Source of the DNA: Eledone cirrhosa
Lineage: Eukaryota
Direction: 5' to 3'
DNA: 64,000 nucleotides
Assembly: GCA_964016885.1 (NCBI GenBank)
Contig: OZ024743.1
Span: 368,528,001-368,592,000, forward strand
Of the stretch, positions 36,839 to 50,350 are shown in pieces. Every line of letters starts with the position of its first letter. The stretch's first letter is position 1. The notes below the pieces were generated by a model. It had not been told where the DNA came from and ran no database searches. It worked only from the letters and a program-made list of their open reading frames with translations. A program made the translations under genes and the position numbers.

Positions 36839-38365
36839 CTAGCAGCTGAGCCCGGTTGCACCCGGGGCCACTTTTTATTAAGTTAATAATTTGAAAAATA
36901 TTATTGAAAGTTTATTATAAAGAAGCAGTTTCAGGAAAAAAAATAGAAATATGCACTTGGGGCTGGACGGCGTACAATGAGAAGTGGAGCGACGTAAAAA
37001 GTGTTGTTTATTAACAGCGAAATAGCAATGTCAATGATATGCAAGTTTGAAAATGCAGAAATAGAAGGTTTGTATGAAAGTTTACATTTTGATTGCCCTG
37101 GTCAGCAAGAGGGGCCTCTATATATTAGACGTTTATTAGAAGAGGGGGAAATAACTAACCCCAGTATTAGAACAGAGGGTTCGCAATGTAACGGTTTTAT
37201 TTCTTTTGTTAGAAAACAGTGACCTTTTTTCGGTTTGGCATTTCGTAAAATTCTACTGCAGAATCGATTTCATAAAATGGTACTGTATGATCGTTATAGA
37301 AGTATTTAAATTTAATATAGAGCAACTGTAATTGAAAAATGAAAATGAAACGTACTGTAGAAGGCAACAGTTTATTAACAGTGAAATAACGTTGTCTTTG
37401 ATATGTTATTTTAAATAAGACAATGAATATTTAAAAAAAAACTGAATTAATTAACTCGGCAACCAAAGGGCTTATAGATCCCATTCCTTAAGTTTACAAT
37501 GAATATTAAAAAAAAACTGAATTAATTAACTCAGCAACCAAACGGCTTATAGATCCCATTCATTAAGTTTACAATGAATATTTTTAAAAAACTGAATGAA
37601 TTAACTCCGCTTATAGATCCCATTCATTAAGTTTACATGCATGTATTCTTTAAACTTTTCATTTGACTTTGAAAAATACTACTTAGTGTTAGTGGTGGTT
37701 ATTAGAATTAAAATAAAAATGATAATGCCAAACCGAAAAAGGTCACTGTTTTCTAACAAAAGAAATAAAACCCTTACATTGCGAACCCCCTGTTCTAATA
37801 CTGGGGTTAGTTATTTCCCCCTCTTCTAATAAACGTCTAATATATAGAGGCCCCTCTTGCTGACCAGGGCAATCAAAGTGTAAACTATCATACAAACCTT
37901 CATAATCTGCATTTTCAAACTTGCATATCATCGACATTGCTATTTCGCTGTTAATAAACAACGCTTTCCACGTCGCTCCACTTCTCATTGTACACCGTCC
38001 AGCCCCAAGTGCATATTTCTATTCTTTTTCCTGAAACTGCTTCTTTATAATAAACTTTCAATAATATTTTTCAAAAACACCGAAAGAACGTTGTGTTTGA
38101 TATGTTATGAAAAAATTGATGAGTTTAAAAATTTGTATGAAATTGTAAATAAGACAATGAATATTGAAAGCGACTATCGAAAATAACTCATCCAAGTATT
38201 AGAACATGGGGAAATAACTCACTGGAAGCGATAGTAAATAGACCGTTTGGGGGCCCTAGGGACCACATTTTTCAAGTTAGAGATTTGTAAATTTTCATGT
38301 ACCCTCCGACCACGTCTACTACCATTGAATTTCAACCACCACCCATTTCACAAATATATATTAGA
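36839..38365 (-). mobile_element. Non-autonomous Helitron with internal inverted duplication and tandem repeats
   Basis: Minus strand A|TCTAATATATA start and ccccgggtgcaaccgggctcagctgCTAG|T end. Confidence 0.75.
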
Positions 38366-38689
38366 TTTACTTTCTCTTTTTGTTGCTCACATGTACAATT
38401 TAAGCAAATCTAGTGTTGTAAATGTGGTAGTGTGCAATGTAAAGAACTGCAATGATGTGGATGTCTCGATGGTGGATGAAATGGTAGTAGGAGAGAACTA
38501 ATTGTAATTGTGTGTGTATACATTATATATATATATAAACATTGAAATAACAGAGGTAAACTTTATTCCATAATTTTCTGTTTTCTCTGTTCAAATTCTA
38601 GCTGTTGCATAATGGTTATCACTGAAATATATATAACAGCGAATATCAATAAATGAAGCTAATTTTACCTGTGACTTACACTTGTTTAT

Positions 38690-39358
38690 ATCATCATCAT
38701 CTTCGTTTAACGTCCATTTTCCATGCTAGCATGGGTTAGACGGGAGTTGTTCCAATTTGAGTCAAGATTGGTCGGGTGACCGTGTCTCGCTCATATAGGA
38801 CTATCTAGCAGGTTTTCTACAGCTGGATGCCCTTCCTAACACCAACCACATTTACAGTGTGGAACTGGGAACTTTTTACCGTGTTACCTACACAGCCACA
38901 TTACAGCGTGGACTGTGTGTTTTTTGTTGTGACAATCTCGATCTCATTATCTCATTTATTTGGACTGGATGTTGTGGTACTAACTTTACAGAGAGAGCGT
39001 GGTGTTAGTGGGAGGATAGGGTAGGGGTAGTGGATTGTGGTGTATATTTGGTTAAGAGGTGCCTACTGACTGTAGGTCTCGCTTTGTACATAGGCAAGGC
39101 GGGTCTTCTGTATTACTGCGTAGCGCCAAAGATCTCGGTCCAGTGACATTGTCTTAGAGAGGTGCAAGTGTTTAAGGTCAGAATTTATTAGATCGTCCCA
39201 GGTTTTTCTGGGTCCACCTACTCCGTAAATACCATCAATTTTGATCACCCTGCACTTTTTTATACAGCTGTCGTCTTTCATGCGCATCATGTGGCCATAC
39301 CAATGTAGTCTTCTCTCAAGTAAACAGCATCTGATCCCTCTTATTCCTAATTTCTCAC
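38690..39358 (-). mobile_element. 5'-truncated RTE copy (related subfamily)
   Basis: Encodes MMRMKDDSCIKKCRVIKIDG..GGPRKTWDD; RTE 3'UTR; (CAT)n tail; 5' junction abuts (TA)n. Confidence 0.88.
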
Positions 39359-39390
<32 letters not shown>

Positions 39391-39624
39391 ATTTATTTAT
39401 GTATGTATATATAAAATGGTGTCTGATTCCGGCACAAGGCCAGCAATTTTGGGGAGTGGAGAAAGTCATTTAAATCGACCTCTGTACTGGTACTTTATTT
39501 TATCAACCCTGTAAGGATGAAAAACAAAGCTAACTTTGGCAGGATTTGAACTCAGAACATAATGGAATGTAACTTTATGCTGCAAAACGTGTTGTTGCCA
39601 ATCCACTGCCTATATATATATATA

Positions 39625-40401
39625 TCTGTATATATATATAAAATTAAGTATGTGTGTTTCTGTATTACCTATTACGACCGATTTTCATGAAACTTTACAG
39701 GCTCATAGATTAATCATCGGGAAGTGTTTTCTATATATCAGCGTATTGTTTTTTTATTCCGGGGTCATTCTGCATATAAAAATCGATAGGGGTCACCTTT
39801 TTTTAGTTATCGAAAAATAAGATTTTTGGCTCTAGCTCCCCTATTTTGCCACTGATTTCATTCAAATTTTAAAGCAAAATAGAATTTATCATTGCATATC
39901 CTGTAATGGCTTTATATTTTGCATTTGTTGTTCAGGGACGGTGTGCCAGCCGCTTAAATATTAAAAAATACCACTTTTAGACTCAAATTTCCACTTTTAG
40001 ACTCAAATTTCCGCATTAATCAACCTACTTTGTTCAAATTTTACACTACGCTAGATCTGATTATTTCACGTCTTAAAGTGGCTTTAAGTTTTGAATATTT
40101 TGTTCAGGAACAGTGTGGCAGCCGCTTAAATATTCGAAAATACCACCTTTTCGCTCAAATTTCCGCCTTTTCGGCTCTAGCTCCCACATTTTTCAACCGA
40201 TTTCGTTCAAATTCGAAACTCCCTCCCCCAGCATGCCCCTTCGTCAGTCACCCGCATTTTCCAGTGATATAGGTCATCACCACCCTCCCCCGCATGGCCT
40301 GTGTGTGGCCATAGATGAGTCAAGAAGCAGTCGCTAAGATCAACACCTTTTCATCAAAGCAGATATTTTACCTACCCAGGCAACGCTGGGTACTGCTGCT
40401 A

Positions 40402-40402
<1 letters not shown>
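39625..40402 (+). mobile_element. Non-autonomous Helitron
   Basis: A|TC start, cccaggcaacgctggg hairpin, CTAG|T end, inside (TA)n. Confidence 0.8.
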
Positions 40403-40451
<49 letters not shown>

Positions 40452-40874
40452 CAATTGTAAACAACAAGAATATTAGAAAAATTGAGCTAATAGGTTTTAC
40501 TACTATATGGCAGCAAACTTGCAGTGTTTAGGATGTCAAATAGAATGGGTTCTTTTTCAAATTTGTTTATTCAATATCCACTATAATGCTGTAAAATATA
40601 TTACTGGTATTTATTATATTGATCCTAATGTGAAGGAAGTTTAAAAAGGACTCTGTATTGTGGATATGGTGGGTTGTAAAGGTAGTTTGGTCCTATTGGT
40701 TTCAGCTTTATGTTAATGACCTTTCAGTGGCAGTAAATTTGTTGATGCCTTAGAGCATCAGACAAAATGCTTTGTGATATTTATTCTGATACATTGTGGT
40801 TTTACTTCAATCCCTAATGTGGTTAAATTTTCTTTTCATTCTTTCGGGGTCAATAAATAAGTATTTGTCTTGAG

Positions 40875-41140
40875 CAGTGAATTGACAGAATCATTAGAGC
40901 GTCATATATACCATCTTGTTCCAGTTCTGGGCATTCAGAGTTAAAATCTCACCATGACCTTGGGTGGTAGACATAATCAGTCACCCAACTTAACACCACC
41001 ACCTGAGCCTTTGGTACCTTTAGTGGAGTCCACTCTTTTGCAAGCAGGACTCCTGTTTGAGGATACCTTCCTCCAACCAGTCTTGGAAACCCTGAAAAGA
41101 GTCGTCGGTAATGCCCATTCTCCTGACCATGCTGGATATT
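40875..41140 (+). mobile_element. SINE with similar tRNA-like head but different body (second copy approx. 43925-44175)
   Basis: Head ttgacagaatcattagagcgtca...; body taacaccaccacctgagcctttggtaccttt also seen at 44033-44075. Confidence 0.55.
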
Positions 41141-41736
41141 TCTGATCAACAGAAGTGAAGTAATTGATAATTTGATTGCATCTCTTTACTAAACAAGGTT
41201 CCTTGTTGTCCAAGGCAGCCATTCTGTGTTAAATGTAAATGGATCCTCAGCAGTTTCAGTGATGAGTAATATTACATATTTGAACTCACACTGTCATGAA
41301 AGTCGGAGGCAGTGACTGTGGGAGTTTGGTTCCTTTGTGTTTGGACCTGATGTATATATTATTTTTACTATCCCCTCATTATTTCAACTTTTATAAATAT
41401 TTTTTAAGTTGTCATGCCTGTTAATATCCATTCAGTAAAATTATTTTTGTGAATCTCTCAAAATTTTCTCTGAATTAATTGAAATATTTCGTTGAATATA
41501 TATTTTTAAATTAAAGTTTGCAGATAGGTTATCTCATTCTTACTTGATAATTTACAACACACACACAAATGCATTCAGGACATATACATGCACACATTCG
41601 ACATATACACACGTGTTACTCCCTCATATCTCAATTATAAAGTAACATATTGCTGTTTGTATTGTTTAGCCCCCAAGTCAGCCTTGATTGAGGAGACCTA
41701 TGATGTATGTCATGTTAGTTATGATCACCATCTTTA

Positions 41737-42450
41737 TACAAGGTGGGCCATAAAGATCTCCCACATTTTGAAGGGATATAAAAAAAGAACACAACTATCT
41801 AGAAAAAACTGATTATATTTCTAAAAAGTACAGGAAAATGAGTTTTGTTTTCATGTTTTTTAAAAATTATATCAGACAAATAATGGTTGCTGTTGGCAAT
41901 ACATTGATGGAGTCATTCCCAGAAGTTCTCCATGACTATCCGGGTCATCTCAGGTGGAATTACATCAGTTTATGGCTCTGCATTTGGCATGATCTGTCTC
42001 AGTTAATTCTTGAACCAACATCATTTTGTAAGGATGCAGTTTCAAATCGGCATGCAGAATCTTCCTCAAACTCTGACTTGACATCCCTAGTGCTATATAA
42101 TGCCTATGAATGGAAAGCTTTGGCAATTGCTAAATGGATGCTCTTACTGGAGTCCTAGGTCTGCTAGAGGATTTTCTTTTCAGTGTGGATCAAGTTGCCT
42201 GAAGGTTAAAAATCAAAAGCAAAATAGTTTTCTGATCTGATACAGATGCATTTGAACCATGCACCAAGTGTCCACGTCAGGTTCACTGTTTCATTATTGC
42301 AGAATAGTTGTTTTTATAATATGCTTAAACAACAAAGTCACAATGTTCACTGGTCCAACTCCTGATGGGTACTGAAAATGATAGAGCCTAGCCTACAGCT
42401 CGCACATTTGGCTGCTCCAAATGTCTGATATCTTTATGCCCCACCCTGTA
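41737..42450. mobile_element. Internally deleted Tc1/mariner element
   Basis: TIRs tacaaggtgggccataaagat / atctttatgccccaccctgta with TA at both ends. Confidence 0.75.
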
Positions 42451-42599
42451 CTATATGCAGGGAATCTAGGACCATATTATCCATTGTTCTTTTTTTAAGG
42501 CAGTAAAGTGTATTTGAGATATATTTAGCTGCTATTTCTAGCAGGCTGTGTGACCAATTTAGGGCTCTTGTGGCAGTGTATCCATCTGTACATCTGTTA

Positions 42600-43010
42600 T
42601 CAATGCCATGATAAAGTTCTTCCTTCTGCCTACTTTTCCAGCATTGCTAAATGAAGTTTCTTTGCCTCTAATTCGATGTCATCTTCGAGGACTTTCTTCA
42701 GTGTAATCTTTGGTCACTTAACTTGTCTACATACATTTGGTTTCCAGAGAAGAACTCTGCCAGCAGATTCATTGTGACTTTTCACATGTCCAGCCAATGC
42801 AAGTCTCCATCACTTGCATTGGCAACCATAGCAGATTTATTTGTTGCATGTGCTTTCCAAGAGATGTTCTGGGCCTTTCCGAGTATTTGTGTGTGTGTGT
42901 GTGCCATTGATCTTCTTTAATGTTGTCTTTAATGTTCTCATAGAAGAGAATGGATTCAGCCATTGCTTTAAAGAGCCTCATTTTCATTGCTTTCTTAATA
43001 GGGAGTTAAG
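42600..43010 (-). mobile_element. Highly decayed RTE C-terminal fragment
   Basis: MKMRLFKAMAESILFY resembles the RTE LF...ESILLYG motif. Confidence 0.5.
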
Positions 43011-43653
43011 AGCTCCTTAGTTTGTACAACTACCTAGGTACAGTATCACACTTGGTATTATTCATGAGATAGGTATTGGTGGTGGTATATCAGTTGTAGA
43101 GGTGGTTGTATAGTTGATGGTTGTGGTAGTAAAGGTATAGTTGAGGTATTGAATGGTGTTGGTGGTTGAGTAACATACTTCAATAATTCAGAAATGTTCC
43201 ATGATTATCATCTTACCACCTTTTAGTTTTGTACTTTACACGATGCAAAATATTCTGCTCATTTTCTTTGCTGTTGATGAGATTTGCAAGTGAAATATCT
43301 TTGAAACAGACTTAGAAAGCTTCAGTTCAAAACACTGTGACAAACATTATATGATTTAGACAGTCTACTTCACAAAATTAATTTTTTTTAATTTTAGGTT
43401 ATACAAGAAAGAATAGAGGAATACATCTGAGAAATCAACTTAGGGCTGGTTTTGTAATAAATATTTTACTGTAACCCTAAAAAAAAAGATATTTTGATAA
43501 AGAATGTAATAATCATATGGAGGTTGAAAAACAATTATTGAGATGTTTTTTTCTGTTTTAGATCACATTATATTTTTATCAAAATTCTAAAACAAATTGT
43601 TCTGGACAATGTTGGTATTTTTTTTTTCAAATTTAACTTCTGTTCTTTTGTAG

Positions 43654-43806
43654 GTGCAATTCGCGAGGATATGTGTGGCTTTGAAGAAATCACACAAGCT
43701 CCAGATCCTGTTGAATCTCGTCCATTTGACCAAAATTTGGTCAATATTACCTACCCTAGCACACAAAACCAAGGCATGGCACTATATGAAAGAGTTGTGA
43801 TAGGAG
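43654..43806 (+). CDS. Nrx-IV: Penultimate coding exon of a Neurexin IV/Caspr (CNTNAP)-like gene (end of last LamG domain plus juxtamembrane stalk)
   Basis: Polypyrimidine tract and ttttgtag acceptor, gtgagt donor, 153 bp, phase 1-1, open frame (G)AIREDMCGFEEITQAPDPVESRPFDQNLVNITYPSTQNQGMALYERVVIG(V). It splices in frame to the 50163 exon (G+TG=Val). Resembles the Nrx-IV C-G-x-E...P-V-E-T/S-R-P stalk. Confidence 0.85.
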
Positions 43807-45794
43807 GTGAGTTGTCTCTTTTATTATAGTGGTGAATTGGCTGTCATTAAAGCATAGAATAAAATCATAGTCAACTTTGCCTTTCATTTTTTGGGGGTCA
43901 CTAAAATAAAGCACCAATTCAGGGAACTGGATTGGCAGAATTGTAAGAGCATCAGACAAGATGCTTTGCATTAATTGTTTTGAATTCAAATCCTGTAACC
44001 TACTAAGATAGCAGAATGAATCCCTTTCCCAGTCTAACACTACCATCTGGCCTTTTGGTGCCTTAGTGTCCACACCATTGCAAGCACATGGGCCATGATT
44101 CTAATTTAAGGACACTTTTCTTCCACCAGTTTTCAGGAGGCCCTAAAAAGGCATTGACCTCCCCTTCCTGACTAAAACACATCACAATAAATCAGATTAG
44201 CCTCTATAAATTTGATGATCTTTCCTTTTATGCAATGACTTCCTTCAGAGTGCCACTACTTACTTGGATCACTTCCTGTAGTTACAATAACTGATTTTGT
44301 TCTTCAGAACGCTTATCCCCATTCTAAAGTTTTTGGTAAACTATCCTATTTATTGCATTTATCACATATATCATAATATGCTTTGATTGTCTGAGGAAGA
44401 GGTGGGGGTCAATAAAATTTAAAACCATTAATCATTGTCAACTAATCTAAACTATCAGTTTTTATCTATTTTACCACTTCAGTATGACAGCCATAAACCT
44501 GGATATTCTGCTTAGAAATAACCTATTGAGAAAAATTTGTAACACATTCAGTTTCATATCAAAGAGAATAGGAAATATTGAAATGAAGCTATCTTCTATG
44601 AATTATTAAGTAGGTTATGAATAGTTGGCAGCATTTAAAATTTGCAAAACTATTGATGTATATAATAATTTCAGTAAAAACCTGTCAAACTAAATTTGAA
44701 TTAAAATATTCATGCAATCATCTCTTTTTCTATACTTATTGTCATTGTTGTGTCGCTCTGATTGAGCAGGACTATGACATGTACCTACTCATTGAAACAA
44801 TTAGCTGTGATCCACTACTCTAGATATACTATGTCTCTAACATGGAAGATGTCAAACTTTATTGTATGGGATGTAATGTGTCCACACATGTAATGACCAT
44901 TGTAGCAGTAGTCAGGGTGGGCTTCATTTAAACCTGTGTCAACTCTGATTCTGTAGTCATTTGGCTATAAATGTACCAAGCATGACCATCCCATTTTTTT
45001 CAGACGTAATTTCTCTAAATGAAGAGGAGGGTAGGACAAAGGAGGAAATAATAAGGAATATAAATATGGTGTCATAGGTGTAGGCAGGTAGGAGAGGTGA
45101 GAAAGTATGTCATAAGTGATGGGATTTGACAGGGGAATGAGCAGGAGGGGTAATCTCTGGTATTATGGGGGTCACTGCAATGATAAGAACAGCTACGAGG
45201 GAGTTATGATGTGTGTCAGGATTTAAGAGGGGTGGTTATGTACAGTGATGGTGAGAATTGCTACTAAGTAGTGGTATTGGAAGTGGGGCATGAATAGATT
45301 AGGTTACATCTTTTATGCTAAGCAAGTCTTCTCCGGTACCTCATGTCACCAATCCTCACAATCCTTTGTCATCTCTGTCATGAGGTTCAGCCTCCTGATG
45401 CTGGTTTTTGCTACTTCTTCCATGTCAAACTAGGTCTACCTCTTCCATGAGGCCCAGCCATTTATAAGTTTATATATATACTTGTCTGTATGTCTGTCTA
45501 CCAAACTACATCTTTTGCTGTTTGTCAATCTTTCTTTCTATCTATCTTTCTATCTATCTCTATTCATTTTCCTATATGTGTATCTATCTGTCTAATAATC
45601 TGTCATGTTGACGGATTATGCATAAAAATGTTTTTATTTACATAGCATTTCTACAGTCAACAACAAATATATATCATTGACTGGATTAAAGTCTCATAAA
45701 AGAGATAAACATCAAAACTAAAATAAAATAAAAAGCCTAGGTATTGGGCCCTCATATGTCAAAATTGGTGGAAGAATCCATTATTATATATATA

Positions 45795-45874
<80 letters not shown>

Positions 45875-47509
45875 CGCATATTTATTGCTCTTGACTGTAG
45901 GAGTGTTGCATAAATAAATAAAAATGTTGAAGCATAATTCATCAACAATAGATGTTTTTCCTTTTTAAATGAAATGCTCCATTCCTCTTTTGGCTTGTGT
46001 ACAGTCATACATGCACTCATAATAGTATTACCCAGTTTCAGTTCATTTTGGTAATCATTGTGCAAGCATTACCAGTAGTCAAGACAGACAGAGATTGAAC
46101 AAATATATATAGGATCTTCGTCATCATCATTTAACTTCTGTTTTCCATGTTTGCATGAGTTAGCTGTTATGTTCTGAGGACAGATTGGTCATATGTTCCA
46201 TTTCTCACATGGCCTCTGCACTACCACCTTACAGGGTGAACTGGGTGCTTTTTATCATGGCACCAATACCACCACTTTACAATGTAGACTGGGAGGGGCG
46301 CATAAGATGAATGGAGGGAACAGAAAGTTGCACCTTATTTACTGAGAGGGAAAGGAGTCATCCTCCACTGAGACAGCAAGCACCAGATCATGGGGCTGGC
46401 CTTGAAGAGAGTGACATTTGGCAGTATATTGTGGGGTCATATCAGGTTCTCCATGCTGGCCTGCACTGAGCAAGGAATATCAATTGAGGATGTGGGGGGG
46501 GGGGGGGGGTTAAAGTGAGGGCAGGCAAGTGGGATGTGGATATAATCTTTCCATGCTGGCATGGTTGTACAATGAAAGGTGTGAGTGGGGGGACTACATT
46601 GGCATGGGCTGAACAAGGAAGGACCTATGCAGGATGTGAATGGGGGAGGCCTAAAGACTGTATGTGGATTAGATGGTGTGGGAAAGCAAATTGGAGCATC
46701 AAGAGGATACTGGCAGATAGGGAGCTTTCTGCCTCATCCTTTATCATCCTTTCCCTGCTTGTATGAGGAGTCAAGCTTTATGAATAACTGCCTGCCACTA
46801 GTCAACTTAATCTTGTGTCATTTCTTTCTTGAGGTTCAGCAGCATGAGGTCACTGACTACTAAGTTATATTGGAAAGTACACTCCTTTCCAAGGAGGAAT
46901 TTTGTGTTTGCAACCTTCAATCAATCTGAATCCTAATATTGCTGATCATTGACATCACAAAAGTCCAGAAGCCTTGATCCCTCCTCATTTTCCTTATCAA
47001 ACCCAAGATAGCATGAACTCCATGAAAGCCCTTACAATGTTATTCAACATTTCCATTAAAATCACTGGCCATAATCATGAGGTCACCATTGTTTGTTACA
47101 CAACCATATGATGGCTGCCCTCTCGTTATTGAATGTAGCCATATCATGATATACCATTATTAATTAATTCTATTGTGCAATGCCTGTGCATGAAGATTTT
47201 TTTTTAAATGAGGAAAAACTGTGCACTGAGCCAATCCCACTCTCTGAGCGACTGTAGCTATAACTCGAAAAGAAGAAAAGATCAACATCATCGGTAACTA
47301 CTGAGCTGCAGGTTTTATATCGGAGTTATCCCAGTTTCCTGTGTTGCCTTCTCGAAGAAGAATGCCCTGACAAAGCTAGGGGGTCCTTCACTCCCAGTGG
47401 TTTAACAGCGCGATCATGTATCAAGCCTGACTATTTCTATGTCCCCGCGCATATACATACACATGCATATAGATATATACATATACATGTGTATATACAT
47501 ATTTACACA

Positions 47510-47702
47510 TTTTTGGATGGCCGTTGACTCTTATGAGTTCTTCCGCCCTTTGTCAGATTTTGTTTTTTGTCCTGCAGGGTGTCCAAAATCACCCCCTCAC
47601 CAAGTAAACTTGGTGGGGTTGCCAGTTTAGTCGCCAACAACCCGACCATGCGATAGGTTGTACTGGGTTACATGTTATCAATAGCACTCAAGAGTGACCC
47701 GA
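47510..47702. repeat. Unclassified interspersed repeat shared with 60260-60442
   Basis: Both contain aaacttggtggggtt(g/c)ccagtttagtc...gttacatgtt; possibly an RTE 5'UTR piece (inference). Confidence 0.6.
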
Positions 47703-47749
47703 CACACACACACACAAATATATATATATATACACACACACACAAGTGA

Positions 47750-48040
47750 AAGCACATGGTTTAGTGGTTAGAGCATTGGACTTGCAATCATGAGGTTGTG
47801 AGTTTGATTCTTGGACTGGGTGATGCATTGTGTCTTTGAGCAAGACACTTTATTTCACATTGTAGAAATGAGTTGTGATGTCACTGGTGCCAAGCTGTAT
47901 CGGCCTTTGCCTTTCCCTTGGACAACATTGGTGGCATGGAGAGAGGTGACTGCTGGTCTTCCACAAACAATCTTGGCCAGATTTGTGCCTCTAGGTGCAA
48001 ACCCTATGGTCATTCATGACCGAAGGGGATCTTTACTCTT
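47750..48040 (+). mobile_element. tRNA-derived SINE (different family)
   Basis: tggtttagtggttagagc A-box, gagtttgattc B-box, then gtgtctttgagcaagacactt. Confidence 0.65.
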
Positions 48041-48146
48041 TTGCTTGGCTTGAGATTATAATAGAAGACATTGCTCAAAGTACCATACAGTGGTATACAA
48101 CCTGAACATATATCTTAACCACATAACCATGCCTGTACCTACATAA

Positions 48147-48589
48147 TCTATATATATAAAACTGAGGATGTCTGTCTGTGTGTGTGTGTGTGTGAGTTTG
48201 AACCCCTAAAACTCGAGAAGTACCCAACCGACTTTTTTCAAACTTTACATGTGTATTACTTGTGTTTCAGGGAGTGTTATGCACATAAAAACATTCAACT
48301 TTTTGATCCCCTACTTCGTTTTTTCAGCTTTTTAGGGCTTTTTTGAGGCGTTAAGTCTAGCTGATTTTCCCAAAATTTCAAGGCCTATTATGCACATAAA
48401 AAAAATTCGTTTTATTGATCCCCTAGGGTCCACATTAGGTGAAAACCTGCATTTTTCGAGGAAAATCTTAAAGATTATCCAGCCATATTTGGTTTATTTT
48501 CTTTACATGCAGTTTTTACACAATTAGGCCTGTTGGTGGCCCGTGTTCCAAAATACCTTATCCCGTGCAATGCTGGGTACCACTGCTAG
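48147..48589 (+). mobile_element. Non-autonomous Helitron
   Basis: A|TC...CTAG|T ends with subterminal hairpin cccgtgcaatgctggg; body matches 1225-1525. Confidence 0.82.
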
Positions 48590-49043
48590 TGTAATATAAA
48601 ATCCACAAATATAAATATATCACATCAATTATCAAGGAATTCATGAGAAGCAAGAAAACCCTAATACTGGACAATCTCAAGATAGAAAACATATGGAAAT
48701 AAGTTCATATGAGTATTCAACAAATGAAATACAGGGATTGAATCTAGCCAAAAAAATGGGAAGAAATTCCAGTTAATGTGATCATCAAACTTATTGGTTA
48801 TATGCCTTGTAAATATGATTACATTTTGAGAAATTTCCATTACTCCACGAAATATTAGTGCTATATCATTTTATTTATTTCATTCCAATTTGGTTAAGAT
48901 TTTCAAACCAATCAAGTTGGCTGACTTAATTCTTAGTTTTGTTATTATCTCCATCTAGTTAGGATCACCTTGATTTCCAAGTCATCTGACATAGAAGATG
49001 TTATTTGTACAAATCAATACTTTCTCTCTGAGTCCTTACTCAA

Positions 49044-49480
49044 AATGGATGTTCATCATCATCACCGTTTAACATCCATTTTACCATGCTAGCATGGGTT
49101 AGACGAGTTGTCTCATTGTGAGACAAGCCAGATCAGATGACCATGTTTTGCTCATACAGAACTGATTTTAGCTTGGTTTCTATGGTTGAATGCCCTCCTA
49201 ACACCAACCACATTCACAGTGTGTACTGGATGCTTTTTATTGTGGCACCAAATTGACCACTTTACTGTAGGCTGGGCATTTTTTGTCATGACACCTACAG
49301 TGTGGACTGGGTACTTTTTGCCATGGCACTAAAACAACCTCTTTACAGTGTGGACTGGGAGGCTGGGGATTGAGGAGGTAGATCTAGGGTGTGGTACTTA
49401 TCTGGTGATGGTTGAGGTGTAGGGACGTGGGTGAAGGATGAGATATTAGGACTGTAAAACTAGATAACTGTAAAACTAGA
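49044..49480 (-). mobile_element. RTE 3'UTR fragment in the last intron
   Basis: catcatcatcaccgtttaacatccattttaccatgctagcatgggttagacg followed by 3'UTR subrepeats. Confidence 0.8.
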
Positions 49481-50162
49481 TAACTACAGAAGTAACGAGT
49501 GAGAGAAGATAACACTTTGGAAAACAAATCAAGTATATGGTAACAGTTCTAGTCAGTGACCATTTACCATGATCATTGAGTAGATACTGTTACATAATAT
49601 TGTATGTCCACAAATACATTGTAGATATCTTTACAATTTGTTACAAATAATAGTGTCTCTTATTTTACTCAAGTTTTGTCTAGGAATTTATTATTTTAAG
49701 TGTATGTTTAACTTCAGGCTACTTTGATTGATAAGTTCATTGATAGGTCTTTTTCTTTCAATATGAATTTTTTATATAAATTGAGTTTATATACTAATAT
49801 ATAATTTGTAATGGTATTATCTATAATATATTCTATGTATTTTGGGTCAGTGACTAGTTAAGACTATGTAATGGCCTGTATTGATGTGTGTTTTCACAAT
49901 GTAGTCTATATATGATACACATGTAGAAAAAAAAACTGTTCCTAAATTCTTCATTTAAAATTTTATGGATTGTCTTAGAAATATGCTTTTCTTCATGTAT
50001 TGCAATCTATGGAGAAATTGATCTGATGAAAGCTTAAAAAAATATTCCTGAAATATTTCATTCTTTTGTGTGATTTCCTATAAATTAGCACCCTATTGTT
50101 CCTATGACATTAAGAATGCAGTTTATAATTGTTGCATTTTTGTTTTTCTTTTTTCTTTTCAG

Positions 50163-50350
50163 TGGTTTTATCTCTGTTTCTATTGATCCTAATAATTGTG
50201 TTATACATAATCTGCTACCACACACGTCAGAAGGGAGACTATGAAACTAAAGAAGCTAAAGGGGCTGACTTGGCAGATAATCCAGATATGGCCATTATGT
50301 ATAATCAAGAAGGTTTACCAATTCCAAAACGACAAGAGTGGTTTGTTTAA
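50163..50350 (+). CDS. Nrx-IV: Terminal coding exon of a Neurexin IV/Caspr (CNTNAP)-like gene: TM helix, band 4.1-binding motif, C-terminal PDZ ligand
   Basis: Strong acceptor ttttcttttcag. Encodes VVLSLFLLILIIVLYIICY (TM), HTRQKGDYETKEAKGA (4.1m motif of neurexin/Caspr/glycophorin C type) and KRQEWFV-stop (compare Nrx-IV/Caspr2 EWFI/EWLI). Confidence 0.88.

Noticed and set aside
37420-37640. Regularly spaced repeats as a CRISPR-like array
   Set aside because: Plain tandem units without unique spacers, in eukaryotic context, with no cas genes.
37001-37988. Twin ORFs LFINSEIAMSMICKF...
   Set aside because: Produced by the inverted duplication inside a non-coding Helitron; no recognisable domain.
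50129-50162. N-terminus MLHFCFSFFFS of the track ORF
   Set aside because: Intronic polypyrimidine tract; the exon starts at 50163.
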